Below, piece by piece: positions 51,820-64,000 of a stretch of DNA of 64,000 nucleotides. Positions within the stretch are counted from its first letter, which is position 1; each line of letters starts with the position of its first letter. The notes beneath the pieces are model-generated. The model was not told the DNA's origin. It was given only the letters and a program-made list of their open reading frames with translations, and ran no database searches. Both the position numbers and the translations under genes were made by a program. The stretch is from Eledone cirrhosa (taxonomy: Eukaryota), in NCBI GenBank assembly GCA_964016885.1, contig OZ024749.1:17670001-17734000 (forward strand). The letters are read 5' to 3'.

Positions 51820-52420
51820 TTAGGTTTGTTGGTACAGTATATGGAAGGGATATATTAGGTTAACGCTTGATATAGCAGGAAGAGGGTATTAACGTTTTGG
51901 ACGCTAGTCCTTCACCAGAAGAGAGAATGAGAAATAAAATAGATTGAGAGGACGGCCGGGTTAGAATTGGAAAAGATGTCTTTAGATAAAAATATCTATG
52001 TAATGTAATGTAATACAGCCAAAAGGGCAGATAATGGGAAAATACTTTGACAGAAAGTTGACCCTGAAATGGGAATACAAATGGAATAAAACAAGTTTCG
52101 AGTAAATCGGAGCAGGTGTTCCCGAGATATGGGGTTTCTGGGGTACCTTCATAAATAGATAGAGAGGAAGAGAGAGTAGTTGTGACAGAATAGATTGAAA
52201 GTGAGACATAGAGAGACAAAGAGAGAAAGAGAGATAGTGGTGTTGTGTATATATATATATGTGTGAATGTGTGTGTGTGTATATATATGTATATGTGTGT
52301 GTCTATGACCAGTATATATAGATCACAGACACCCACATATATATATATATACACACACACACATATATATATATGTATATACACACACAAATTTATATAT
52401 ATATATATACACACACGCAT

Positions 52421-52755
52421 GGAGGCACATGGCTTAGTGGTTGGAGCATTGGCCTTGCAATCAAAAGTTTGTGAGTTCAATTCTCAGACCGGGTGATGTG
52501 TTGTTTCCTTGAGCAAGACACTTTATTTCACATTGCTCCAGTTTACTCAGCTGTAGAAATGAGATGATAGGATTGGGGTCCCTATCATTCCACTGTAGAG
52601 TGGTCGTGTAGGCGCCACGGCAAAAAAGCACCCAGCACTCACTGTAAATGAGGTTGGTGTTAGGAAGGGCATCCAGTTGTAGAAATCAAGCCAGAATCAG
52701 TTCCCATCTCACCCTTGAAAGCAGGGAAAAGTGGACGTAAAATGAAATGAAATGA
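52421..52755 (+). mobile_element. Family B SINE with an RTE-derived 3' tail
   Basis: tRNA-like head followed by GTTGGTGTTAGGAAGGGCATCCAG...GTGGACGTAAAATGA; inverted relative at 54495-54850. Confidence 0.8.
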
Positions 52756-52926
52756 TATATATATATGGGCCTTCCAGTTTTACATTATGTACATGTCTGT
52801 ATAAAATTATTTTGAGGTGAACGTTACCCAACGGGTCACAGGTGGTCTACACACATACATATATATATATATATATATTTATATAATATATAAGATCAAA
52901 AGATGGTTAAAAGAGTTCCATGTATT

Positions 52927-52989
52927 TTATTATGCGCATTTCAAAAACAAATATCATCATGCAATAATATTTGTGTTTTCATCAGATAA
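52927..52989 (-). ncRNA. Orphan minimal type I hammerhead ribozyme
   Basis: Minus strand: TTAT-CTGATGA-AAAcACAAATATTATT(gcat)GATGATATTTGTtTTT-GAAA-TGCGCA-TA-ATAA; palindromic ATGCGCAT. Confidence 0.8.
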
Positions 52990-53069
52990 TCCGATATCTG
53001 CATTGCTTTATTGTACTACAATAAAACTCACCTCCTACATATATATATTTATATATATATATATATATG

Positions 53070-53355
53070 TGGAGGCACGTATCCTAGTGGTAAGGGTGTT
53101 GGACTTACGATCATAATGTCGTGGGCTCAATTCCTCGGTTGCGTGTTGTGTTCTTGAGCAAAACACTTCATTTCACGTTGCTCCAGTATACACAGTTGAA
53201 AATGAGTACCAGCAATAGCTGGAGGTTTAACCCTGCAATGGACTGGTGTCTTGTACTCTCAGTTGTACTCTCAGTCTTGTACTCTCAGTTGCTTCACGCC
53301 ATGAAACCGGGATAAGCTCCGGCCAAATGAGCCTTCTGGCTTAAGACAGACTTTA
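53070..53355 (+). mobile_element. tRNA-derived SINE, family B relative
   Basis: GGAGGCACGTATCCTAGTGGTAAGGGTGTTGGAC...TTCTTGAGCAAAACACTTCATTTCAC. Confidence 0.75.
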
Positions 53356-53494
53356 GATATATATATTTCTATATATTTATATCAAGCAAGAATTTGTTGG
53401 TAATTCCTCTCTCTTCCACAGAATCTCTGTATTGGACAACAAGACTCAGTAGAGTGTCTCCTTCGTTAGACTACCTCAACACCAACGATCCTCT

Positions 53495-53695
53495 CACAGG
53501 TAAGTACATATCCATCAAAGCTGGAGATGAACCAATTATCAAAGTACTTCAACATCTTTTTAACTGTTTTATCACTACAGGAAAAAATCCCAGACATGTT
53601 CAAGAAAGCATTGATAGTTGTACTCTACAAAAAGGTAGCAGACTTGATTGTGGGAACTATTGTCCTATCAGCCTATTAATCCTTTACGAACCGGC
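53495..53695 (+). mobile_element. LINE RT fragment
   Basis: KAGDEPIIKVLQHLFN and KGSRLDCGNYCPISLL. Confidence 0.6.
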
Positions 53696-53799
53696 CAGAA
53701 TTCTCTACTTCTTTCTGTTGAAAGTGGCTGTAACTGGTCGCTCAAACTGATGTTATGGTATTGTTCTCAAAATAAATACATTCAAAATCTCATAGATTC

Positions 53800-54163
53800 G
53801 ATATTATGTAAGATAAATCCTTTACTGAAAATACAATAGTATATATAGAGTAATGTAAATGTTATGTGAAATATTATGTGAGGTAAAGCCTTTACTGTGA
53901 AAATATAATAGTATATATAGAGTAATGTAAATGTTATGTGAGATATTAAGTAAGATAAAGCCTTTACTGAAAATACAATAGTATATATAGAGTAATGTAA
54001 ATGTTATGTGAGATATTATGTGAGGTAAAGCCTTTACTGTGAAAATAAAATAGTATATATAGAGTAATGTAAATGTTATGTGAGATAATTATGTGAGATA
54101 AAGCCTTTACTGTGAATATACAATAGTATATATAGAGTAATGTAAATGATATGTCAGGTAAAG
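53800..54163 (+). repeat. Minisatellite, about 5 units of ~68-70 bp
   Basis: TAAAGCCTTTACTGTGAAAATA.AATAGTATATATAGAGTAATGTAAATGTTATGTGAGATATTATGT repeated. Confidence 0.9.
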
Positions 54164-54494
54164 CTTCTCTTCCTCTCTCTCTAGAAAGCCAGATCCTTTC
54201 TCAACCATGGAACCATGTATTACTTGATGTCCTGTTTAGAGGTCACAAACTGTCAGATTTCTCTGACCCTGTACTTTCCCTCATCATCAAGGTAAAGTCT
54301 CCCTTTATTTATATTCTTGCTTTGCGTGGTTGGTGTTAGGAAGGGCCTCCAGCTATAAAGTACCCAACAGTCCTCACCGGAGCAAAGCACAATAGGGGCC
54401 AACTATGCCCAGACTTGACCCAGACTCTGCCTCCTTCACTGTGTTTATCACCAGAACTATCATCATCATCATTTTACGCCCGCTTTTCCCTGCT

Positions 54495-54850
54495 TGGGAA
54501 CTGATTCTGGCTTGATTTCTACAGCTGGATGCCCTTCCTAACAACGACCTTATTTACGGTGAGTGCTGGATGCTTTTTTGCCGTGGCACCTCCACGACCA
54601 TTTTATAGTATGGGCTGGGTTCTTTTTTGCCGTGGCACCTCCACGACCACTTTACAGTGAGTGCTGGGTGCTTTTTTGCCATGGCACCTCCACGACTACT
54701 TAGCAGTGGAATGATAGGGACCGCAGTCCTATCATCTCATTTCTACAGCTGAGTAAACTGGAGCAATGTTAAATAACGTGCTGAGAATTGAACTCACAAC
54801 CTTTTGATTGCAAAGCCAATGCTCTAGCCTCTAAGCCAGTGCCTCCATGT
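54495..54850 (-). mobile_element. Family B SINE with RTE tail and three ~39-bp internal repeats
   Basis: Reverse complement of 52421-52710; TTTTTTGCCGTGGCACCTCCACGACCA x3. Confidence 0.75.
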
Positions 54851-54884
54851 ATATATATATATATACATAAAAGATAAAAAAAGA

Positions 54885-55010
54885 TGGTTCACAGACACTC
54901 TATGAAGAACCGTAGACTAGAGAACTCAACAACGCTGGCCAATAAAATCTGGCAGTTTAAGGACAGAAACCAGGAATATGGGATTAGCGGGACAAAATTT
55001 AATTCCACCT
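54885..55010 (+). mobile_element. Isolated Penelope GIY-YIG fragment, related to the element at 59891-60442
   Basis: Reads HRHSMKNRRLENSTTLANKIWQFKDRNQEY versus HRFSIKHPDHRFVTTLANKTWQLHERNQQF. Confidence 0.65.
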
Positions 55011-55199
55011 CTACATCTTGTGTATAGCCAATTGTTTCTCTATATATGCCTGTGTCTACCGTTCCTTCATAAACCTGTTCCTTGATCATGATCACAACAC
55101 CATCATCCTGAAATACCACATCCACCAGATGCTGAAGAATGCTGGTCAAATCCAATCAGATCAGGTCCTCATGAAGAGTCTGTTGCACAAGGTAAATAG

Positions 55200-55229
55200 T
55201 ATGTGTGTGTGTGTATATATATATATATA

Positions 55230-55276
<47 letters not shown>

Positions 55277-55764
55277 ATATATGTATGTGTGTGTGTATAT
55301 ATATATGTGTTTGTGTATATATATGTGTGTGTGTATGTGTGTGTGTGTATATATGTGTTTGTGTATATATATGTGTGTGTGTGTATGTGTGTGTATATAT
55401 ATATGTGTGTGTGTGTGTGTATATATATAGTTAGAGAGGTGTGTATATAATAAATAATGTATATAATCTACGCCTAATCGTGATTAAAACTTCTACTTTG
55501 CAGCTTACAACTGTAGCTGGCAGCTGTGATGTTGACAAGAATGTAGTACTCAATATAGGGTGCATGATAGAGTAGCATTGAGGAAGGGGAAAATACATAA
55601 TGAAATACACACCAATATATATATATATAGTATATATACATACATACTATATATATATATATATATATAGTATATATACATACATACTATATATATATAT
55701 ATATATATAGTATATATACATACATACTATATATATATATATATATATAGTATATATACATACA

Positions 55765-55800
<36 letters not shown>
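55200..55800. repeat. (TG)/(TA) compound microsatellite and a 40-bp TA-rich tandem repeat
   Basis: Directly visible at 55200-55430 and 55616-55798. Confidence 0.9.
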
Positions 55801-55803
<3 letters not shown>

Positions 55804-56085
55804 GTAGACAGAAATAACAACACAATCGGTACAGTATATGGAAGGGATATATTAGGTTAACGATTGATATAGCAGGAATAGGGTCTTCACGTTTTGGATG
55901 CTAGTCCTTCATCAAAAGAAAGAATGAGAAATAAAATAGATTAAGGGGACGGGCGGGGTTGAATTGGAAAAAATGTCTTTAGATAAAAATAACAGGTCCT
56001 TTCATGTTGACATCTCTTGCAAAACAATATATATATATATGAATGATATTAATAAATAGAAACTATATTTATAAAACTATATTTA

Positions 56086-56143
56086 TTCTATTATATATAT
56101 TTCAAGGGCACCAAAACTTTGGTACGCTCTCATCAGATGAAAT
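56086..56143 (-). ncRNA. Orphan hammerhead ribozyme with imperfect stem I
   Basis: Minus strand: ATTTCAT-CTGATGA-GAGcGTACCAAA(gt)TTTGGTGCcCTT-GAAA-TATATA-TA-ATAGAAT. Confidence 0.65.
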
Positions 56144-56279
56144 ACAAAGTTTGTTTTATAAATAGTGACATACCCAGGAATGATACCTTAATGGTTCAAG
56201 TTTCTCCTGGATAGTGAAAGGAAAGAGAAAAAGGGAAGAAAGGAAAAACAAATAACAAATTATTTTGATGAATATGCAG

Positions 56280-57449
<1,170 letters not shown>

Positions 57450-57492
57450 TCAAAATTTTTTTCGATGAAAATCACAGGAAAACAGAGTCAAG

Positions 57493-57881
57493 ATAAATTA
57501 ATAAAAACAAAGAAACAGTTCCTTATATTAAAAAATTCATCATTTTACGATCGCTTCTAAGATTTATGTGTGTGTATTGGTATGTATATCACAGATCTAT
57601 GTAAAAATTTTACAAACTATCAGAGGAAATATACATACCTACACATATATATGCTGTCTTCAGCATATAGACATACCTACACATATATATGCTGTCTTCA
57701 GCAGCATAGATATGTGTAGGTATGTATATTTCCTCTGATAGTTTGTAAAATTTTTACATAGATCTATATGATATACATACCAACACACACATATATATCT
57801 TAGAAACGATCGTAAAATGATGAATTTTTTAATATAAGGAACTGTTTCTTTGTTTTTATTCATTGTTTTTATTAATTTATA
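57493..57881. repeat. Long inverted repeat (foldback) with arms of ~160-175 bp
   Basis: TAAAAACAAAGAAACAGTTCCTTATATTAAAAAATTCATCATTTTACGATCG... is mirrored by ...CGATCGTAAAATGATGAATTTTTTAATATAAGGAACTGTTTCTTTGTTTTTA. Confidence 0.9.
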
Positions 57882-58889
57882 TATATAACCCATGCTAGCG
57901 TGGAAGAACGGACGTAAAACGGTGATGATGATGATATATACAATTAGGTTTGTTGGTTCACCACTGGATAGAACTGGTCATTCCGTATAGTCAACCTTGA
58001 TGTAATATTAGGGAGAGCACTCGTGTGTGTATGTGTTTTTTTTATATCTAGGTTTTTTACATACTTTTTTATATGTGTGTGTTTGCGGGTGAATGTGTGT
58101 GTTTGCGGGTGAATGTGTGTGTATGTGTATGTATATGTGTGTATATGTATGTATGGGTGTGTATGTATATATATATATAGTCGCGTACGTACGTGTGATT
58201 AAATATACATGTGGCGATATATATATATATATATATACGTGCCTCGTGTGTATGTATGTACGCATGCATGCGCTTTTGTCTGTACGTATTTGTGTGTATA
58301 AATATATTTTTATTTTTTTTATATATATATAACGGCGGCGACCACACATAATATTCCGTTACATATATATGTGTGTACGTGCGTACCTATGTTTGTTTTC
58401 TTTTCTCTAGTCTTAATTGATTACTTTCTCTTCATTCTCATATATTGTTTCATTTTTATACATATATCGAGAATGACACTTCTTTTTACTATTACACTCC
58501 CTTCCCTCTTTATCTTCCGCATATAAGTGACCGCGCGTGTGTGTGTGTTTATACGCGTGCTTTCTTACTCGTGTGTGTATTTAATACCGGTATCTGGATG
58601 CGTGTTAATTATATTATCATACAATTTCTTTTTCACCTCATATTATATACGTATTTGTGGTCACATATACACAAATATACTTGCCCTCATATATGTACTT
58701 ATGCACACATTTTCACCATACACATGCATTTGTACATACACACATATGTACATTTGTGAGTGTATATACATACATATACACATACCCTAACTATATTTCC
58801 TTATTTTTTTATATATCTCTTGTATTACTTTTATTTATATATTTTTTGCATTTCTTGAGGAGACTTTTCAAATATTTCACTATGTTTTA

Positions 58890-58967
58890 AATTGCCTTGT
58901 CCGACGAACGAATGAGGACGTTTTTCGTATTCATCTTATTCGGGAAACCTCTGGTAATGAGGTAATT
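58890..58967 (+). ncRNA. Type I hammerhead ribozyme, CCGACGA core variant (copy at 62583-62660)
   Basis: AATTGCCTTGT-CCGACGA-aCGAATGAGG...TCTTATTCGg-GAAA-CC(tct)GG-TA-ATGAGGTAATT; 11-bp stem I including G-U pairs. Confidence 0.68.
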
Positions 58968-59077
58968 ATATTGTATTGTTTATTATACATTAAATTTTGC
59001 TCTGGTACTTAGAGCACTCTTCACTCCTATGACTTTTTCAATTTTCAACGGAAACTTCAATACTTATATATATATAT

Positions 59078-61598
59078 TAGGTATAGGATTATCCTAGATG
59101 CAGTAATGGTTAATTACTACACTGGATAGGGTTGACGTACGGTGAGAGGTTACTCAACGAGTTATGGAAGAATTGTTGAAGAAACTTAGTTCCTGATCCT
59201 TCTGTATTCCGGAGTGTAGATAAAGAATGAATAATAACAGGTAGACATCATAAAAAGGTAATTTATTCCGTGTGCTTACAAATGTTTCCATGGTGGTTGT
59301 ACAGCCTAGTTATGCTATGTGCAAATTTATAACTATTTGCAAAACTCAATTATCAAATGCTGTGACCACTGTATCATCAGAGCAGAATGGTTAAAATGAA
59401 CAATGTAAATACCCTTAAGTGAGGTTATTGGAGAAGATAGAGTAGAAAAGGAAGAGAGAAAAAAAGGGGAGAGGGAGAGAGAGAGAGAAAGATATGCAGG
59501 GGTTGGAGAAATAGGAAAGAGTGGTTTGTAGATATCTTAATCAAAATGTTATGGTAGGGGTTTTATTATACTGGTTACTCTTAAAGCAACCACCTTAAGC
59601 GATGCATTGATAGTCAAGGTTGGAATTATTTATTGCCCCAGAGGGCTGGTTCATAGATGTGGAGAGGGAGGGAGGTAGGCCTAGGGCGAGAGAGAGAGAG
59701 AGTGAAATGGATATAGAGAGATAGAGGGGACAGACGAAAGCTATGGGGTGGGTGAACTTTGGGTTTGTAGTAGTAATCTGCGAATTGCACTAAGTTACCA
59801 TTTATAGTGATAAGTAGGGTATTGTCTTGTAGTGTGGGGGAAGAGAAGGTGGTTAGCTAGAAAGCAATGTTATAGTTACGGGTTCAAATGTTAAGTTATT
59901 TTATAGTGAGAGAATTTAGCTTTTAGTTTGTGGTTGCAGTATAATGATCGTTCGATTCTATCGTTAAGTAGTTTATTTTTGGATTTTAAGATGTAAAAGA
60001 GTTCAAGGTTACATAACCTGCAGTACTCCAATCCACTCCGATATGCACTTGCGCTGGAAAGTATATCCCATTTTAAGGTGAACTGTTGGTTGCGTTCATG
60101 GAGTTGCCAGGTCTTGTTGGCGAGCGTGGTCACAAAACGGTGATCAGGATGTTTAATTGAGAATCGATGACGGTACCAAAGAGATTTAAACGAGGTGGTG
60201 GTAGACCCGATGTAATACCATTTCTGGTCGTTCGATTCAACCGTGCATTGGTAAACAATGTTGGACTTTAGGCATTTATTCTTTAATGGACATCTTTCAG
60301 GTAGATGGCAGTTACAGTTTTTGTTGTGGGTAGCGGGTATACCATGGATAGGTTGTGATAGCAGTACAGGTGGGTTGTGTAATACCCGTCTCCCATTTAG
60401 TGGTTGGGAGGCAGATATTACGTTCTGCCCATCTGTTATCAAAATATTTTGTTTTGTAGTGCTGTTAAGTTAAGTTTTTTTATGTATGCTTCAAGGTTTG
60501 GTGCCGTGGAGTATGATAGTCTAATAGTTTTAGAGTTCAATTTTACTGTATTTATGGGAACTAGGGAAATGCTTGTTGATTAACTTAAAGAATGAAAGAG
60601 ATAGTTTTGTACTAACCGAGGCATTAAAAATAGGATTATACCAGATATACTTTCTACAATGTGATTTATTTGGTGATGATTTTCTATTATTAGTATGTCT
60701 GGTGGTACTGCGTGTGTGCGCTTGTATATTAGTCCCCCGGTTACGTATTCCTTGATTTTGTGTAGAGCTATGTGTGTTATGGAGATTCTTATCAATGTAT
60801 TCTATTGTATCCCGGTGGTCGGCATTCCTTAATGCATTATTATAGTATTCAGCGTGTTCATTACAAATCTCAGAGTCAGACAATAGGCGAGAGATTCTAA
60901 GAGAAATACTATGGGGAACCGATTTGATCATGAAAAGTGGGTGGTTTGAGTTAAAATTGATATAAGTAAGGTTCTCATTTATCTTGTGGAAGGGTCGTAT
61001 CAGTCCGGTATTTAAATTAAGAGTTACGTCTAGAAAATTTACTACTTTAAGATTGTATTTGTATGTTATTTTTAGACCCAGTTCACTAAAAGATTTTCTA
61101 ATATTTTTCCGTAGCCTTTCAAGATTCTGGTTATTTAAGTTATTAACTAATAAGAGCCCGTCATCTCTGTATATTCCCCCCTGTAGATTACTAAATTTAC
61201 TATGTAGTATGTGGGCTATGTAAATTCCCACAAGATCCGTGACCTCCGCTGAGTCGTTGGAACCCATGGTAATGTCGAAGTTTGTGGGTCTGTTCTTACA
61301 TTCCCAGTAGCAGTTATCAAACTTGATAATAGTTTTTCTAGCCTCGAGAATAATATTAATTTCGTCCTCCGTTAAGTCGGAATTGACTTTAGCAAACGAT
61401 AGGGTCTTACGTAAAGTGCCGGGTGAGATTGAAGAGTAGTATTCGTCTGTGTCAAATTGTATAAACTTAGATTTATTCTTGTTCTTAACGTTTTTAAACC
61501 AGCGAATTGTTTCGCTAGTGTTGCCCCATAATTTAATTTCAATTTTCTTTTTCACTTGAGTTATTACTCTGTCAAGTATATGTTTGCTAATTTTTCTC
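59078..61598 (-). mobile_element. 5'-truncated Penelope-like element, Nematis-like (RT, GIY-YIG and 3' pLTR)
   Basis: FIQFDTDEYYSSIS, FDITMGSNDSAEVTDLVG, GIYRDDGL, FLDVTLNL, SNHP; CNC..CPLKNKCL..IVYQC..YYIGST. Confidence 0.88.
59273..59384 (-). ncRNA. Hammerhead ribozyme with long stem II in the 3' pLTR of the Nematis-like PLE (copy at 62966-63077)
   Basis: Minus strand: TGCT-CTGATGA-TAcaGTGGTcACAGC...GCTGTacaACCACcaTG-GAAA-CA(tt)TG-TA-AGCA. Confidence 0.7.
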
Positions 61599-61611
61599 AC
61601 ACACACACACT

Positions 61612-61945
61612 TTCTCTTCCTCTCTCTCTAGAAAGCCAGTTCCTTTCTCAACCATGGAACCATGTATTACTTGATGTCCTGTTTAGGTGTCACAAACTGT
61701 CAGATTTTTCTGACCCTATACTTTCGCTCATCATCAAGGTAAAGTCTCCCTTTATTTATATCCCTGCTTTGTGTGGTTGGTGTTAGGAAGGGCATCCAGC
61801 TATAAAATACCCAACAGTCCTCAGTGGAGCAAACACAATGGTGGCCAACTATGGCCAGACTTGATCCAGACTCTGCCTCCTTCACTGTGTTTATCACCAG
61901 AATTATCATCATCATCATTTTACGTCCACTTTTCTCTGCTTACAA
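61612..61945 (-). mobile_element. Dispersed repeat with an RTE-type (GAT)n end; second copy at 54165-54495
   Basis: High similarity between the two copies (LPLSLESQ.LSQPWNHVLLDVLFR in both translations). Confidence 0.65.
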
Positions 61946-62770
61946 GGGTGGGACGCATGCATGCGCTTTTGTCTGTACGTATTTGTGTGTATAAATATAT
62001 TTTTATTTTTTTTATATATATATAACGGCGGCGACCACACATAATATTCCGTTACATATATATGTGTGTACGTGCGTACCTATGTTTGTTTTCTTTTCTC
62101 TAGTCTTAATTGATTACTTTCTCTTCATTCTCATATATTGTTTCATTTTTATACATATATCGAGAATGACACTTCTTTTTACTATTACACTCCCTTCCCT
62201 CTTTATCTTCCGCATATAAGTGACCGCGCGTGTGTGTGTGTTTATACGCGTGCTTTCTTACTCGTGTGTGTATTTAATACCGGTATCTGGATGCGTGTTA
62301 ATTATATTATCATACAATTTCTTTTTCACCTCATATTATATACGTATTTGTGGTCACATATACACAAATATACTTGCCCTCATATATGTACTTATGCACA
62401 CATTTTCACCATACACATGCATTTGTACATACACACATATGTACATTTGTGAGTGTATATACATACATATACACATACCCTAACTATATTTCCTTATTTT
62501 TTTATATATCTCTTGTATTACTTTTATTTATATATTTTTTGCATTTCTTGAGGAGACTTTTCAAATATTTCACTATGTTTTAAATTGCCTTGTCCGACGA
62601 ACGAATGAGGACGTTTTTCGTATTCATCTTATTCGGGAAACCTCTGGTAATGAGGTAATTATATTGTATTGTTTATTATACATTAAATTTTGCTCTGGTA
62701 CTTAGAGCACTCTTCACTCCTATGACTTTTTCAATTTTCAACGGAAACTTCAATACTTATATATATATAT

Positions 62771-64000
62771 TAGGTATAGGATTATCCTAGATGCAGTAAT
62801 GGTTAATTACTACACTGGATAGGGTTGACGTACGGTGAGAGGTTACTCAACGAGTTATGGAAGAATTGTTGAAGAAACTTAGTTCCTGATCCTTCTGTAT
62901 TCCGGAGTGTAGATAAAGAATGAATAATAACAGGTAGACATCATAAAAAGGTAATTTATTCCGTGTGCTTACAAATGTTTCCATGGTGGTTGTACAGCCT
63001 AGTTATGCTATGTGCAAATTTATAACTATTTGCAAAACTCAATTATCAAATGCTGTGACCACTGTATCATCAGAGCAGAATGGTTAAAATGAACAATGTA
63101 AATACCCTTAAGTGAGGTTATTGGAGAAGATAGAGTAGAAAAGGAAGAGAGAAAAAAAGGGGAGAGGGAGAGAGAGAGAGAAAGATATGCAGGGGTTGGA
63201 GAAATAGGAAAGAGTGGTTTGTAGATATCTTAATCAAAATGTTATGGTAGGGGTTTTATTATACTGGTTACTCTTAAAGCAACCACCTTAAGCGATGCAT
63301 TGATAGTCAAGGTTGGAATTATTTATTGCCCCAGAGGGCTGGTTCATAGATGTGGAGAGGGAGGGAGGTAAGCCTAGGGCGAGAGAGAGAGAGAGTGAAA
63401 TGGATATAGAGAGATAGAGGGGACAGACGAAAGCTATGGGGTGGGTGAACTTTGGGTTTGTAGTAGTAATCTGCGAATTGCACTAAGTTACCATTTATAG
63501 TGATAAGTAGGGTATTGTCTTGTAGTGTGGGGGAAGAGAAGGTGGTTAGCTAGAAAGCAATGTTATAGTTACGGGTTCAAATGTTAAGTTATTTTATAGT
63601 GAGAGAATTTAGCTTTTAGTTTGTGGTTGCAGTATAATGATCGTTCGATTCTATCGTTAAGTAGTTTATTTTTGGATTTTAAGATGTAAAAGAGTTCAAG
63701 GTTACATAACCTGCAGTACTCCAATCCACTCCGATATGCACTTGCGCTGGAAAGTATATCCCATTTTAAGGTGAACTGTTGGTTGCGTTCATGGAGTTGC
63801 CAGGTCTTGTTGGCGAGCGTGGTCACAAAACGGTGATCAGGATGTTTAATTGAGAATCGATGACGGTACCAAAGAGATTTAAACGAGGTGGTGGTAGACC
63901 CGATGTAATACCATTTCTGGTCGTTCGATTCAACCGTGCATTGGTAAACAATGTTGGACTTTAGGCATTTATTCTTTAATGGACATCTTTCAGGTAGATG
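62771..64000 (-). mobile_element. Second copy of the Nematis-like PLE 3' end, running off the window
   Basis: Near-identical to 59078-60307. Confidence 0.88.

Larger units (their letters stand above)
58260..64000. repeat. Near-identical direct duplication with 3693-bp offset (58260-60307 = 61953-64000)
   Basis: Identical ORF translations at 58445 and 62138; only one substitution seen by eye (~59678 vs 63371). Confidence 0.92.

Noticed and set aside
55018-55450. Cys/Val/Tyr/Ile-rich ORFs (also at 15633, 51860, 58008-58890 and 62138-62583)
   Set aside because: Translations of TG/TA microsatellites and low-complexity repeats.

Overview
AT-rich, repeat-dense eukaryotic DNA, most likely a coleoid cephalopod such as Octopus. 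This is an inference from the SINE/RTE repeat types and the finger-only C2H2 cluster. The host content is a minus-strand C2H2 zinc-finger cluster built by repeated duplication of a ~5 kb cassette. It has one intact 16-finger ORF (4065-5483), three decayed paralogs (~28.4-28.9, 40.3-41.0 and 44.8-45.0 kb) and a broken array of a second ZNF subfamily (56.3-57.3 kb). Retroelements fill most of the rest: a Neptune-like Penelope element with both pseudo-LTRs, a duplicated Nematis-like Penelope, two CsRn1-clade Gypsy elements with tRNA-Trp PBS, a probable solo LTR, many RTE LINE pieces (some with a PHD finger inside the RT) and tRNA-derived SINEs. The signal the ORF track does not show is about 13 hammerhead-ribozyme motifs from about 7 sequence families, found by eye on both strands. 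They include a U3-A8 compensatory core variant and several orphan copies, and most lie 45-200 nt upstream of a (TA)n or (CA)n tract. Repeat boundaries are approximate and nothing was computed.
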